The position numbers and the translations under genes were made by a program. Of a DNA stretch of 64,000 nucleotides, positions 1-10,049 are shown piece by piece. Under the pieces are notes generated by a model. The model saw nothing but the letters and a program-made list of their open reading frames with translations, was not told the origin of the DNA and did no database searches. This stretch comes from Candidatus Acidiferrum sp. (GTDB lineage: Bacteria > Acidobacteriota > Terriglobia > Acidiferrales > UBA7541), in the NCBI GenBank assembly GCA_049512575.1, contig JBEKWY010000007.1, positions 1,570 to 65,569 of the forward strand, written 5' to 3'. Each line of letters starts with the position of its first letter. Position 1 is the stretch's first letter.

Positions 1-1
1 C

Positions 2-559
2 ATTTCCTTAATTCGCGGACGCGCAACTGGTGTCGGCAGCGAGCTCGCCCTTGCCAGCGACATGCGCTTTGCAAGTCGTGAAAAGGCAATCCTCTCGCAA
101 TGGGAGGTCGGAGCAGGCTTGGTTCCCGGTGGCGGACCTATGGCTCGATTACCACGTTTGATCGGCCGGGGGAGAGCTTTGGAAGTGTTATTGGGGGCGG
201 ATGATATCAACGGCGATCTGGCGGAGTTGTATGGCTATGTCAATCGCTCGTTGCCTGACGCGGAACTGGACGCGTTTGTGGATCGCCTTGCCACGAGAAT
301 CGCGTCCTTCGACAAACAGGCAATTGCCGAAACGAAACGCCTGGTCAACGTCAATAGTTTACCTTCTGACGCGGAAATCGCACCGGAGTGGGACGCCTTT
401 ATTGCTTCCCTGGCCCGCCCCGGAGCACAAGCCCGCATTCGGACTCTGTTTGAACGTGGCTTTCACAAACCGGGCGATGTGGAAACCAGGCTTGGATACC
501 ATGTCGGACGCCTCGGATCCACGGATGAGGCGTCGGCGGCCTCCGGCTCAGCGCGCTGA
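2..559 (+). CDS. Enoyl-CoA hydratase/isomerase (crotonase) family protein, 5'-truncated by window edge
   Basis: Frame is open from base 2 (ISLIRGRATGVGSELALASDMRFAS...EVGAGLVPGGG), which is the crotonase GxGxELALxxD...E motif region. Confidence 0.85.
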   Translation: MSLIRGRATGVGSELALASDMRFASREKAILSQWEVGAGLVPGGGPMARLPRLIGRGRALEVLLGADDINGDLAELYGYVNRSLPDAELDAFVDRLATRIASFDKQAIAETKRLVNVNSLPSDAEIAPEWDAFIASLARPGAQARIRTLFERGFHKPGDVETRLGYHVGRLGSTDEASAASGSAR

Positions 560-715
560 TTGGAGCGGGTGACTCGAACGGTGAACCTCCGGACGTCCGC
601 GGCACTCATCGGACTTCGAGTCAGTCCTGGTAAACGCCGAAACCGGACAAGTACGACGGTTCGACGCATCTAGGTCCCGAGTCCTGCTACCATCGGCAGC
701 GAGAAGGGAGCGACA

Positions 716-1030
716 ATGCGCTGGTACCACTATGTGGCGTACTTCTTCGGGGGCGCATTCCTAGCAAACGCCCTGCCGCACCTTGGCAATGGAATGTCGG
801 GGCACTCTTTCCAGAGTCCCTTCGCATCTCCACCCGGGATTGGCTTGTCTTCCTCGACGGTCAATGTTCTGTGGGGTCTGTTCAACCTTGCGATCGGTTA
901 TCTGCTGGTCTGTCGGGTAGGCAGCTTCAATCTTCGCAAGACCCAACACGTGCTCGTCCTCGGAGCGGGCATCCTGCTCATGTCGGTAATGCTTGCCCGC
1001 GCATTCGGACGGTTTCACGGTGGACTGTGA
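716..1030 (+). CDS. Small hypothetical membrane protein (104 aa)
   Basis: Three hydrophobic segments; AAGGGAG upstream of ATG; no recognised function. Confidence 0.7.
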   Translation: MRWYHYVAYFFGGAFLANALPHLGNGMSGHSFQSPFASPPGIGLSSSTVNVLWGLFNLAIGYLLVCRVGSFNLRKTQHVLVLGAGILLMSVMLARAFGRFHGGL

Positions 1031-1124
1031 GCTTGATCCACCCGAGGCCGCCGAGGTGAGCCGACCGGGCCTGGCGGGCGGGTAGCTTACACTGTATCGA
1101 TGACTGACGCGGTGGCCGGTGTGC

Positions 1125-1685
1125 TTAAAACCAGCCCCCGGACGGCTCAAGGCCGTTGAGGCGCAGATAAGTGACGAGGTTGCCGTAATGCAAGGCGTCA
1201 TGATTTCCGACTTGCGTCAAGATGAACATCTTGTTCGTCTTGACGCCAAAGAAGTCCGCGGGTTCATTGAGGTGCGCATCGGTGAACCCGGAGTACACGC
1301 CATCGCAGTAATCGAACGAGCCTTTGAGGTAGGCCTTGATCTCGGCCTTCGAACCCTTCGCGGCAGCCGTGCCAGGGGTCGCTTCACCTTTGACGTTTGA
1401 ACACAATGTGTAGGAAATATCCGCCAAATGAATCAGGATCTCGGCAAACGACCGAACGTCCTTCGCCGGCCGGTAGCTGTACTTGGACTCTGGCATCGCG
1501 TCCGCCGACTTCATGATCTTGTCCTGCATATTGCTGCGAAAAATGGATAGCGTCGTCGTCAGCGGATTCGGCGCCGTGGTCGGATTGGGCAGGCTCGGCG
1601 AGATTTGGGCGTTGGTCAAGGACGCCAAGACGGAAACAAGTACCACGCCAACAGGAAGCACGACGCGAGCAATGGATCGGAACAT
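1125..1685 (-). CDS. DinB family protein with signal peptide
   Basis: N-terminal signal-like segment; SYRP..RSFAEILIHLA and HDALHYGNLVTYLR His motifs typical of DinB/YfiT-like proteins. Confidence 0.8.
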   Translation of the reverse strand: MFRSIARVVLPVGVVLVSVLASLTNAQISPSLPNPTTAPNPLTTTLSIFRSNMQDKIMKSADAMPESKYSYRPAKDVRSFAEILIHLADISYTLCSNVKGEATPGTAAAKGSKAEIKAYLKGSFDYCDGVYSGFTDAHLNEPADFFGVKTNKMFILTQVGNHDALHYGNLVTYLRLNGLEPSGGWF

Positions 1686-2071
1686 TTAAGAATCCTCCAA
1701 CATGTTGTAGGCCATGCGAATCCCGAACCGCAAACCCGCCGAAGCGATCCGCATCGGCGCATTGCTAAAAATCCGGTGTGTTACGGGCACGTATTCTTCC
1801 GACCTTCCGCACTTTTAACTTGCTGTGCTACCTGGATTTAGCGGTTTGCCGGCAGCGGGAACTGTCCGCCAGGTGTCCACTTGCGGGAAGAATCGTCGCG
1901 AGATCGAACAGCTATCTGCGGTTCGATCCCGAATTTCGGCGGCCATCCGTCACTAGCCGCCAAGTCCGCAGCAACGCGGTAATCGGAAATTGCCCCGTTA
2001 CCTATAGGTGGTTTGCGGTGCTTGGTTGTGGTCACGGATCAGCGTAAACCGGTCGGCGGCCGCTACCAGAG

Positions 2072-4504
2072 CTACTCATAGCGGAAGGCGACCATGGGGT
2101 CTACGGTGGCGGCGCGGCGGGCCGGCGCAAGGGAGGCGAGCAGCGCGACGGTGATCAGCAGGACGGTTACGCCGGTGAGGATGAGTGGGTCGCGGGAGCT
2201 TTCGCTTACCCACTTGGTCGCTAGCTTGTCGAAAGCGAAGCTTAGGATCAGGCCGGCGGCCAGGCCTGCGCCTACATTGATGGCCGTGGAAGCGAGCACC
2301 GCGCGAAAGATGTCGCCGGCCTTGGCACCGAGGGCCATGCGGATGCCGAACTCGTTCGTGCGCGTGGCAACGGTATAGGTGACGACGCTATAGAGGCCGA
2401 CGGCGGCGAGGGCCAAGGCGAGAATCGAGAACAGGCCGAAGAGGGCGGCGACAAGGCGCTGCTGGGCGTAGTCCTCCTGTCCGGTGATCCAGGTTTCGAG
2501 GTCGCGCACGTGAGTGGTTTGTTGTTCGGGATCGATCTCGACAATCTGGCGGCGCATGTCGCGAAGAATGGAAAGCGGCGGGACGCGCGTGCGGACGAGA
2601 ACCTGTGTGTACATGGGCATGCGCAACGTGAAGGGCACGAAGACGGCAGGTTTGGTGGGATTGCGCAGGCCGTTGTTGCGGGCGTCGCCGACGATCCCGA
2701 CGATTTGCAGCCAGCCGGTGCTTCCGGTGGCGGCCGGAAAGTACGGCGGCTCGTCTCGCAGCTCTGGGACGCGAAGCTGCTGGCCGATGGCGTTGCCATC
2801 GGGCCAATACTGGCGAGCCAAGGTCTGGTTGACGATGGCGAGCGGCGCTCCGCGCATCGTTTCGGTGTGATCCCAGAGGCGACCCTGCAACAGGGGAATC
2901 TTCAGCACGGAAAAATATTCGGGGCTGATGAAATTAACGCGAACTTCGGGTTGCTCGGCTTGCTGGCGGCTCATGATCTCAATGGGAACGCTGCCGACCG
3001 GCAGCGGCGGAGTGGCATTGGTCGAAAGGCCCGCCTCGACGACTTCGGGCATGGCCGCGAGCTTGGCGCGGAGTTGTTCGAAATATTGGGCGCGATCCTG
3101 CCAGGAGACGTGCGAGTTTTGATGGACGGGGATGGGCAGCGACATCGCGTTGCGCGGATCGTAGCCCAAGTCGGTATTCACCAGCCGCAGAAAGCCTTTG
3201 GCGGCGGCGCCGGCCGCGGTGAGCAGAAGAATGGTGAGAGCAACCTGCGCGCCGATCATCACTCCGTGGGTGCGGCGAGCGTTGGCGCTTCCGGCCACGC
3301 GGCGCGCACTGATTTGCATCAGGCGCGCGATTTCCGGGCGAGAAAGCTGCAGCGCGGGCCAGAGGCCGAAGAGCATGGTGGTGACGAAAGCCAGGCCGAT
3401 GCTGAAAAGCAATATCGGGACGTTCATGCGAATCGCCGATTCCGAGGGAAACGACCTCCGGGGAAGGAACGCGGAGATTACCGACAGGCTTCGCCACGCA
3501 AAGAGTGTGCCGATTGCGGCACCGACGGTGGCGATCGCGAGAGATTCGGTGAGCAGTTGGCGAATCAGGCGCAAGCGGCCGGCGCCGACCGCGGCGCGCA
3601 CGGCAAGTTCGTGCTGGCGTTGCGCGCCACGCGCCAGGAGCAAAATGGAAACGTTGGCGCAGCCGATCAAAAGCAGCGAGGCGACCGCGCCGAGCAGCAG
3701 GTACAGCGTGGGACCCAGAGGCCTGGCGTAGAGGTCCACGATGCTGCGGAGGTCGACGCGAAAGGTGTCGGGATAGTGCGACGGCGATTCTTTCGCGAAC
3801 TGTTCGACAAGGGGCTGGAGTTCGGCGTCGGCTTGCGCGGGCGTGACACCGGGACGCAGCTTGATCGAGCAGCCAACGCTAAGGCTTGCGTCCTGGGTTA
3901 CTTTGAGCGGGAGGTAAACTTCGCCGTCACCCCACCTGAAGCGCGGCGGCATCACGCCGATGACCTCGTAGGTCTGGTGAACGAGTTGGAGTTTCTTGCC
4001 GATGACGTTGGGATCGCCGACGAAATATCTTTGCCAGAATTCGTAGCTGAGGACCGCCACACGTTGGGGATCTTCTCCAGGCGGCGCGTCGGAAGGAACG
4101 AACCAGCGGCCTTTTGCGGCGGGGATTCCGAAATGATTGGGCGAGTCGGTGGAGACCGCGACGCCCTGGACATCTTCGGGCAGGTCGCCGTCGGTAGTCG
4201 TGAGATTCCACCACGTGATTCCAACGATGCTCTCGACCGAACGAGCTTGCTGGAGTTTGCGGAGTTGCTGGCCGCTCAAAATTACGTAGTGGTCGTTGCT
4301 GGCTTTGTCTTTCAGGCGAAGTTCGACGATGCGGTTGGCGCCGGGGTAGGGGTAGGGATTGAGGAGGACGGCGTAGATGAGGCTGAAGACGGCGCTCGTG
4401 GCGCCGATCCCGATGGCCAGGGAGAAGATGGCGGTGAGCGTGAAGTAGGGGCGCCTGCGAAATTCGCGGGCGGAGTAGCGAAGGTCAGAGGTTAGAGGTC
4501 CCAT
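2072..4504 (-). CDS. ADOP-type duplicated ABC permease (MacB periplasmic + FtsX, twice), copy 1
   Basis: DLRYSAREFRRRPYFT...LAIGIGAT start; LLLIGCANVSILLLARG..R.HELAVRAAVGA; RTNEFGIRMALGA; DPMVAFRYE end. Start reset to ATG 4504. Confidence 0.92.
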   Translation of the reverse strand: MGPLTSDLRYSAREFRRRPYFTLTAIFSLAIGIGATSAVFSLIYAVLLNPYPYPGANRIVELRLKDKASNDHYVILSGQQLRKLQQARSVESIVGITWWNLTTTDGDLPEDVQGVAVSTDSPNHFGIPAAKGRWFVPSDAPPGEDPQRVAVLSYEFWQRYFVGDPNVIGKKLQLVHQTYEVIGVMPPRFRWGDGEVYLPLKVTQDASLSVGCSIKLRPGVTPAQADAELQPLVEQFAKESPSHYPDTFRVDLRSIVDLYARPLGPTLYLLLGAVASLLLIGCANVSILLLARGAQRQHELAVRAAVGAGRLRLIRQLLTESLAIATVGAAIGTLFAWRSLSVISAFLPRRSFPSESAIRMNVPILLFSIGLAFVTTMLFGLWPALQLSRPEIARLMQISARRVAGSANARRTHGVMIGAQVALTILLLTAAGAAAKGFLRLVNTDLGYDPRNAMSLPIPVHQNSHVSWQDRAQYFEQLRAKLAAMPEVVEAGLSTNATPPLPVGSVPIEIMSRQQAEQPEVRVNFISPEYFSVLKIPLLQGRLWDHTETMRGAPLAIVNQTLARQYWPDGNAIGQQLRVPELRDEPPYFPAATGSTGWLQIVGIVGDARNNGLRNPTKPAVFVPFTLRMPMYTQVLVRTRVPPLSILRDMRRQIVEIDPEQQTTHVRDLETWITGQEDYAQQRLVAALFGLFSILALALAAVGLYSVVTYTVATRTNEFGIRMALGAKAGDIFRAVLASTAINVGAGLAAGLILSFAFDKLATKWVSESSRDPLILTGVTVLLITVALLASLAPARRAATVDPMVAFRYE

Positions 4505-4672
4505 GGATATTTTTGTGCGTGTGCATTGTAGGGTGGCGCGCGGGCTCACGCCAGCGCGAGGTTGGCGGGGCTGGTTCGGATCGCAACCAAGCGCGGTCAG
4601 GGTTAAGAGCGGAGGACCAGTCTCGGGTTGACCGTGCATGTCGTTGAGACGTGAGTGGAGTTTCGTCTAGAC

Positions 4673-4704
4673 GCGCACCCTCAAAAAGCGAGGGTGCGGC
4701 ACCC
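4673..4704. repeat. REP-like hairpin GCACCCTC-AAAAAGC-GAGGGTGC followed by GGCACCC
   Basis: 8-bp perfect stem 4675-4682/4690-4697 in the gap between permease copies. Confidence 0.55.
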
Positions 4705-4718
4705 ACGAGGGCGAACGG

Positions 4719-7145
4719 TTATTCGTAGCGGAGGGCGACCATGGGGTCGACGGCGGCGGCGCGGCGGGCTGGGACGAGCGAGGCGAGGAGTGCGGCGGCG
4801 ATTAGCAAAAACGCGACGCCTGCGAGGAGGAGCGGATCGCGCGAACTTTCGTTGACCCATTTTGTGGCGAGTTTGCCGAAGATCACACACAACAAAATGC
4901 CGGCTGCGAGTCCCGCGCCAACATTCACCGATGTGGACGATAGAACGATACGGAAGATGTCGGAGGCTTTGGCGCCGAGGGCCATGCGAATGCCGAATTC
5001 GTTGGTGCGGGTGGTGACGCCGTAGGAGACGACGCTGTAAAGGCCGACCGCGGCGAGCGATAAGGCGAGGACGGAGAAAACGCCGAAGAGGGTAGCCACC
5101 AGGCGCTGCTGGGCGTACTCGGGTTGTTGGGCAATCCAGGTGTGGAGGTCGCGAGCTTCGGTGACTTGCTGGTCGGGATCGACCTGAACGATTTGCTCGC
5201 GGATATCGCGAAGCGCTGACATTGGCGGAACGCGGGTTTGCGCGAGGATTTGCGTGTACGACCACATGTGCAGCGAATAGGGAACGTAGATCGCGGGCTT
5301 GATCGCGTCGCGCAAGCCGTCGTTGCGAGAGTCGGCGACGACACCGATGATCTGCAGCCAGCCGACGGCGCCAGGAGCGGACGGAGCAGCCGGTGGCTGG
5401 TCTATCAAGTCGAGCGTGCGAAGTTCGTGACCGACAGCGTCGCCGCTTGGCCAATATTGGCGCGCCATCGACTGGTTGATAACGGCGAGACCCGCCGCAC
5501 GCATCGTCTCCGCGCGATCCCACACCCGGCCCTTCAATAGGGGAATACGCAGAAACGAAAAGTATTCCGAGCTGATGAAATTCATGCGAATTTCCGGTGT
5601 TCCGAGGTCGCCGCGACCCATGAATTCGACGCGAACGTCATTGCCGTTCGAAGGCGGAGTGGCATTGCTGGAAACGGTGGCATCGACGACCTGCGGCATG
5701 GCGGCGATTCTGGCGCGGAGCTGCTCGTAAAATTCGGCGCGATCCTGCCAGGAAATGTGCGAGTTGTCGTGCATGGGAATCGAGAGAGACATGCGATTTT
5801 GAGGATCGTAGCCCAGATCGGTATGCATGAGCCGCACGAAGCCTTTAGCGGCCGACCCGCCGATGGTAAGCAGGAGGACGGTCAGCGCGACCTGAGCGCC
5901 GACCATGACGGCGTGCGTTCGGCGTGCACGCGTGGTACCCGCGATGCGATGCGCGCTGCTTTGCAAGAGCTGAGGAAGGTTGGGCCGCGAGATTTGTAGC
6001 GCCGGCCACAGGCCCGAAAGGATCGTGGTGGCGAAGGCCAGAGCGATGCAAAAAAGCATCACGGGTATGTTGATCTTTATTATGGCTTCGGCGGGCAAAG
6101 ACTCCTTGAACGCGGCGATGGAGGCGAGGCCGCGCCAGGCGATGAGCAAGCCGAGTGCGCAGCCCGTGCCCGCGATGACAAAAGACTCGGTGAGGAGTTG
6201 TCGAAGGATGCGAACACGATCGGCGCCCACGGCGCAGCGGACGGCCAATTCGTGCTGGCGCTCGATGCCGCGGGCGAGAAGAAGGATGGAAACATTGCCG
6301 CAGCCGATCAGCAGCAGCGACCCTACCGCGCCGAGAAGAAGGTAGAGGGTCGTGCCGAAAGGGCGCGTATAGAGGTCCACGATGCTTTGCAGGTCGACGC
6401 GGAATCTTGCCGGGAAATAAGCGGGCCGAACTTTAGCGATTTGCTCAACCACGGATTGCAATTCGGCATTGGCCTGGGCCGCGGCGACACCCTCGCGGAG
6501 CTTCAACGAGACAGCGAAGCCAAGGTTCGGATTCTGCGTGACTTTGGCCGGGCGATATATTTCGCTCTCTCCCCATTGGAAGCGAGGTGGCATCACGCCG
6601 ACGACCTGGTAAGGCTTGTGGACGAGGCGGATGGTGCGGCCGATCACGTGCGGATCGCCCTGGAAATAGCGCCACCAGAATTTGTAGGTGAGGACAACGA
6701 CAGGCGCGGGTTCTTGTCCCGGCGGAGCGTCGGACGGGATCAGCCAACGCCCCATCAGGGCGGAAATTCGCCAGTGATTGGGGGAGTCCGGCGAGATCGA
6801 GAGGGCGCGGACGTCTTCGGGCAGATCGCCGTCCGTCGTGGTGAGGTGCCCGTATTGAAATGGGACCACGCTCTCGAACGATTTGACACGCCGGAGTTCG
6901 GCGATTTCGGGACCAGTGTAGCCAGTGACCCGGTCGTTGCCTTGTGAATCGAGGAGATGAATTTCCATCAGGCGATTGGCGTCCGGATACGGAAAGGGGT
7001 TGATGAGGACGGCGTAGATGACGCTGAAGACGGCGGTGGTGGCGCCGATGCCGAGGGCCAAGGAGAGGACGGCGGTCAGCGTGAAACCCGGGCGCTTGCG
7101 GAGTTCACGGGCGGAATAGCGCAGGTCGGAGACTAGGGATTGCAT
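4719..7145 (-). CDS. ADOP-type duplicated ABC permease, copy 2
   Basis: Same motifs as copy 1; GAGGTG RBS before ATG 7145 (MQSLVSDLRYSARELRKRPG). Confidence 0.92.
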   Translation of the reverse strand: MQSLVSDLRYSARELRKRPGFTLTAVLSLALGIGATTAVFSVIYAVLINPFPYPDANRLMEIHLLDSQGNDRVTGYTGPEIAELRRVKSFESVVPFQYGHLTTTDGDLPEDVRALSISPDSPNHWRISALMGRWLIPSDAPPGQEPAPVVVLTYKFWWRYFQGDPHVIGRTIRLVHKPYQVVGVMPPRFQWGESEIYRPAKVTQNPNLGFAVSLKLREGVAAAQANAELQSVVEQIAKVRPAYFPARFRVDLQSIVDLYTRPFGTTLYLLLGAVGSLLLIGCGNVSILLLARGIERQHELAVRCAVGADRVRILRQLLTESFVIAGTGCALGLLIAWRGLASIAAFKESLPAEAIIKINIPVMLFCIALAFATTILSGLWPALQISRPNLPQLLQSSAHRIAGTTRARRTHAVMVGAQVALTVLLLTIGGSAAKGFVRLMHTDLGYDPQNRMSLSIPMHDNSHISWQDRAEFYEQLRARIAAMPQVVDATVSSNATPPSNGNDVRVEFMGRGDLGTPEIRMNFISSEYFSFLRIPLLKGRVWDRAETMRAAGLAVINQSMARQYWPSGDAVGHELRTLDLIDQPPAAPSAPGAVGWLQIIGVVADSRNDGLRDAIKPAIYVPYSLHMWSYTQILAQTRVPPMSALRDIREQIVQVDPDQQVTEARDLHTWIAQQPEYAQQRLVATLFGVFSVLALSLAAVGLYSVVSYGVTTRTNEFGIRMALGAKASDIFRIVLSSTSVNVGAGLAAGILLCVIFGKLATKWVNESSRDPLLLAGVAFLLIAAALLASLVPARRAAAVDPMVALRYE

Positions 7146-7274
7146 CGGCACCTCGATGCGGCACGGGACTTCTTGGTCGAGTTGGAGGGGTTGCGCGGGG
7201 TAGAGGTTGCCCGCGTGCGGTCTATTGCGGGTGAATGTCGCGGGAGGAATTTCATGTTGCGGGGTTCGAGAAAA

Positions 7275-7301
7275 GCGCCCGCTTCGGAAAGCGGCCGCTA
7301 C
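7275..7301 (-). repeat. GTAG-type REP-like palindrome
   Basis: Minus strand GTAG-CGGCCGCTT-TCCG-AAGCGGGCGC. Confidence 0.6.
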
Positions 7302-7328
7302 AACTGCGGTTGCATCGTTTGCAGCGGA

Positions 7329-7353
7329 GGGCACGGCGGTGCCGTGCCCCTAC
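7329..7353 (-). repeat. GTAG-type REP-like palindrome
   Basis: Minus strand GTAG-GGGCACGGC-ACC-GCCGTGCCC; near-identical copy at 53314-53339. Confidence 0.7.
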
Positions 7354-7376
7354 GGGTGTTGGCGGCGCGGCGTTTG

Positions 7377-9806
7377 TCACTCGTAGCGGAGCGCGACCAT
7401 AGGATCTACTGCGGCGGCGCGGCGGGCTGGGACGAATGAGGCGGACGCCGCGGCGGCGATGAGTATGAGCGTTACACCGGCCAGGATGAGCGGGTCGTGG
7501 GAGCTTTCGTTGACCCACTTGGTGGCTAGTTTGTCGAAAGCGATGCTGAGGATCAGGCCGGTGGCGAGGCCGATGCTTAGGCTCATCGCGGTCGACGACA
7601 GCACGAGGCGGAATACGTCAGCGGCTTTCGCGCCTAGCGCCATGCGGATGCCGAATTCGTTGGTGCGCGTGGCGACGCCGTAGGAGACCACGCTGTAGAG
7701 GCCGACGGCAGCCAGGACGAGCGCGAGAATCGAGAACACGCCGAACAGGGTCGCGACGAAACGCTGCTGGCCGTATTCATCCTCGTTGATGATCCAGGTC
7801 TCGAGATCCTGAGCGTGCGTGATCTGTTGGTCGGGGTCCACATGAACGACTTGCGCGCGAATGTCGCGCAGCATCGACGCCGGGGGAATGCGCGTGCGAA
7901 TCAGAATCTGCGTGAACATGTACATTTTCAGACTGTAGGGAACGTAGATGGCGGCCTTGATCGGCTTGCGCAACCCTTCGTCGAGAGCATCTGCGACGAC
8001 GCCGACGATTTGCAGCCAGGCGCCCTCGATACCTGGCGCAGCGGGAGAGTACGGTTCGTCTTTAAGGTCCGGGATGCGGATCTGCTGGCCGACGGGATTG
8101 GTGTTAGGCCAAAACTGGCGGGCCATCGTCTGATTGATCACCGCAAGTGGCGCCCCACGCATGGTTTCTGCGTGATCCCAGATGCGCCCCTGAACCAGAG
8201 GAATGTGGAGCACGGGAAAATACTCGGGGCTGATGTAATTCACCAGCGCTTCCGGTTTTTCGCCTGATCCGCTTCCGAAAATCTCAAATTGCTGGGTCCT
8301 GCCGTTGGAAGGCGGCGTGGCGTTGGTGGAAATGCCGGCCAAAACCACTTCCGGCATGCTTCCCAGCCTCGCACGGAGCTGGTCGAAATATTCGGAGCGG
8401 TCCTTCCATGTGCCGTGGGTGTTTTCGTGGACCGGAATCGGGACGGACATCGCGAAGTGCGGGTCGTAGCCGAGATGCGCGTTGACCAGGTGAAGAAAGC
8501 CTTTCCCGGCCGCGCTGGCGCCCGTGAGCATAAGAATCGTCAGTGCCACCTGCGTCGCGACGAGCGCGTTGTGCGCCCGCTTGGCGCTGGTGCTGCCCGC
8601 AACGCGCCGGCTGCTGCCTTGCATCAGCCGGGCGACGTCCGGGCGGGAGAGCTGAAGAGCGGGCGACAGGCCAAAAATGATCGAAGTGGCGAGCGCGAGG
8701 CCAACGCAGAACAGCAGCACAGGCACGTTGATCTTGATCACCGACTCGGCGGGAAACGCGTGCGGCATCCAGGCGACGATTAGAGGCAGACTTTTCCAGG
8801 CGAGGAGGACGCCCAGAATTGCACCGACAAGAGCGATGCCGAGCGATTCGGTGAGCAGCTGGCGAACCATGCGCATCCGGTTGGCGCCGATGGCCGCGCG
8901 CACGGCCAGCTCGTGCTGCCGTTCGGCGCCACGCGCGAGCAACAGGATTGAGACGTTGCCGCAGCCGATGAGCAGAAGCGAACCGACCGCGCCCAACAGG
9001 AGGTAGAGAGTGGTGCCCAGAGGCCGGGCGTAGAGATCAACGATGCTGCGGAGATTCACGCGGAACTTGTCGGGAAAGCGCGTTGGCGATTGTTTCGCGA
9101 ATTCTTCGAACAGCGGCTGCAACTCGCTGTCGGCTTGCGCCAACGTGACGCCCGGGCGGAGCCGGATGGACGCTCCGAGACTGATGTTGGGGTCCTGGGT
9201 GACCTTCTGGGGGACGTAGATGTCGGCTTCACCCCACTTGAAACGAGGCGGCATCACGCCCACGACCTCGTAGGGCTTGTGGACCAGCTGAATCTTCCGG
9301 CCAATGACGTTCGGATCACCCAAATAATACTTCTGCCAGAACTGATAGGTGAGCACGGTAACCGGCTGTGCTTCTTGCCCCGGCGGAGCGTCGGCCGGTA
9401 CTAGCCAGCGGCCCATGAGCGCGGGGACGCCCCAGTGATTGGGAGCGTTTGGAGAGATGTACCCTGCGTTGACATCTTCGGGAAGGTCGCCGTCGGTGGT
9501 GGTGAGATTCCAACCGTCGAGCGCGACGACGCTTTCGACGGACTTCGCCTGGCGAATCTGGTCGAGTTGCGGACCGCTTAGACCGGCGAAACGTTGATTG
9601 CCGGCTTTGTCGAGGAGACGGGGCTCGGTCATGAGCTCGGCGTGTGGATAAGGGAAGGGATCGATGAGGACAGCGTAGATGACGCTGAAGACGGCGCTGG
9701 TGGCGCCGATACCCAGAGCGAGAGAGAGAACGGCGGTCAGGACGAAGCCGGGACGCTTCCGAAGCTCACGAGCGGAATACTGGAGGTCGGAGATCAGGGA
9801 TTGCAT
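7377..9806 (-). CDS. ADOP-type duplicated ABC permease, copy 3
   Basis: Same motifs; GAGGTG RBS before ATG 9806 (MQSLISDLQYSARELRKRPG). Confidence 0.92.
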   Translation of the reverse strand: MQSLISDLQYSARELRKRPGFVLTAVLSLALGIGATSAVFSVIYAVLIDPFPYPHAELMTEPRLLDKAGNQRFAGLSGPQLDQIRQAKSVESVVALDGWNLTTTDGDLPEDVNAGYISPNAPNHWGVPALMGRWLVPADAPPGQEAQPVTVLTYQFWQKYYLGDPNVIGRKIQLVHKPYEVVGVMPPRFKWGEADIYVPQKVTQDPNISLGASIRLRPGVTLAQADSELQPLFEEFAKQSPTRFPDKFRVNLRSIVDLYARPLGTTLYLLLGAVGSLLLIGCGNVSILLLARGAERQHELAVRAAIGANRMRMVRQLLTESLGIALVGAILGVLLAWKSLPLIVAWMPHAFPAESVIKINVPVLLFCVGLALATSIIFGLSPALQLSRPDVARLMQGSSRRVAGSTSAKRAHNALVATQVALTILMLTGASAAGKGFLHLVNAHLGYDPHFAMSVPIPVHENTHGTWKDRSEYFDQLRARLGSMPEVVLAGISTNATPPSNGRTQQFEIFGSGSGEKPEALVNYISPEYFPVLHIPLVQGRIWDHAETMRGAPLAVINQTMARQFWPNTNPVGQQIRIPDLKDEPYSPAAPGIEGAWLQIVGVVADALDEGLRKPIKAAIYVPYSLKMYMFTQILIRTRIPPASMLRDIRAQVVHVDPDQQITHAQDLETWIINEDEYGQQRFVATLFGVFSILALVLAAVGLYSVVSYGVATRTNEFGIRMALGAKAADVFRLVLSSTAMSLSIGLATGLILSIAFDKLATKWVNESSHDPLILAGVTLILIAAAASASFVPARRAAAVDPMVALRYE

Positions 9807-9912
9807 CGGCACCTCACTTGGCTATCGTTCGCCTCGTTGACGATTGGACGAGCGGACCCATCTGCGGTTAGTAGACGCAGGACCTTGCCGAGTTGTCTTA
9901 CGCCTATTTGAC

Positions 9913-9939
9913 TAGACGAAGCGATCTCCCCAAAAGTTC
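9913..9939 (-). promoter_or_regulatory. Putative ECF/sigmaE-type promoter for the permease trio
   Basis: Minus strand GAACTT-N16-GTCTA, about 105 nt upstream of the copy 3 start. Confidence 0.5.
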
Positions 9940-10049
9940 AGCGAGGGGGATGACTGGCTAGTACGTCCTGGCCAAACATTGAACCTTGGTGCAGGCGGAT
10001 TGGCATACGGGCTCATGTATAATTGGGTTTAGGGGAATCTGCAGCTTTC

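Noticed and set aside
561-580. Minus-strand GTTCGAGTCACCCGCTCCA resembling a tRNA 3' end (possible att remnant)
   Set aside because: T-stem 3' arm is missing, no cloverleaf upstream and no integrase nearby; could be chance.
2510-4495. 661-aa plus-strand ORF, and similar long antisense ORFs (e.g. 10029-10955, 21543-22568, 37948-39177, 42768-44129)
   Set aside because: Shadow frames opposite well-supported genes, expected in high-GC DNA; no recognisable motifs.
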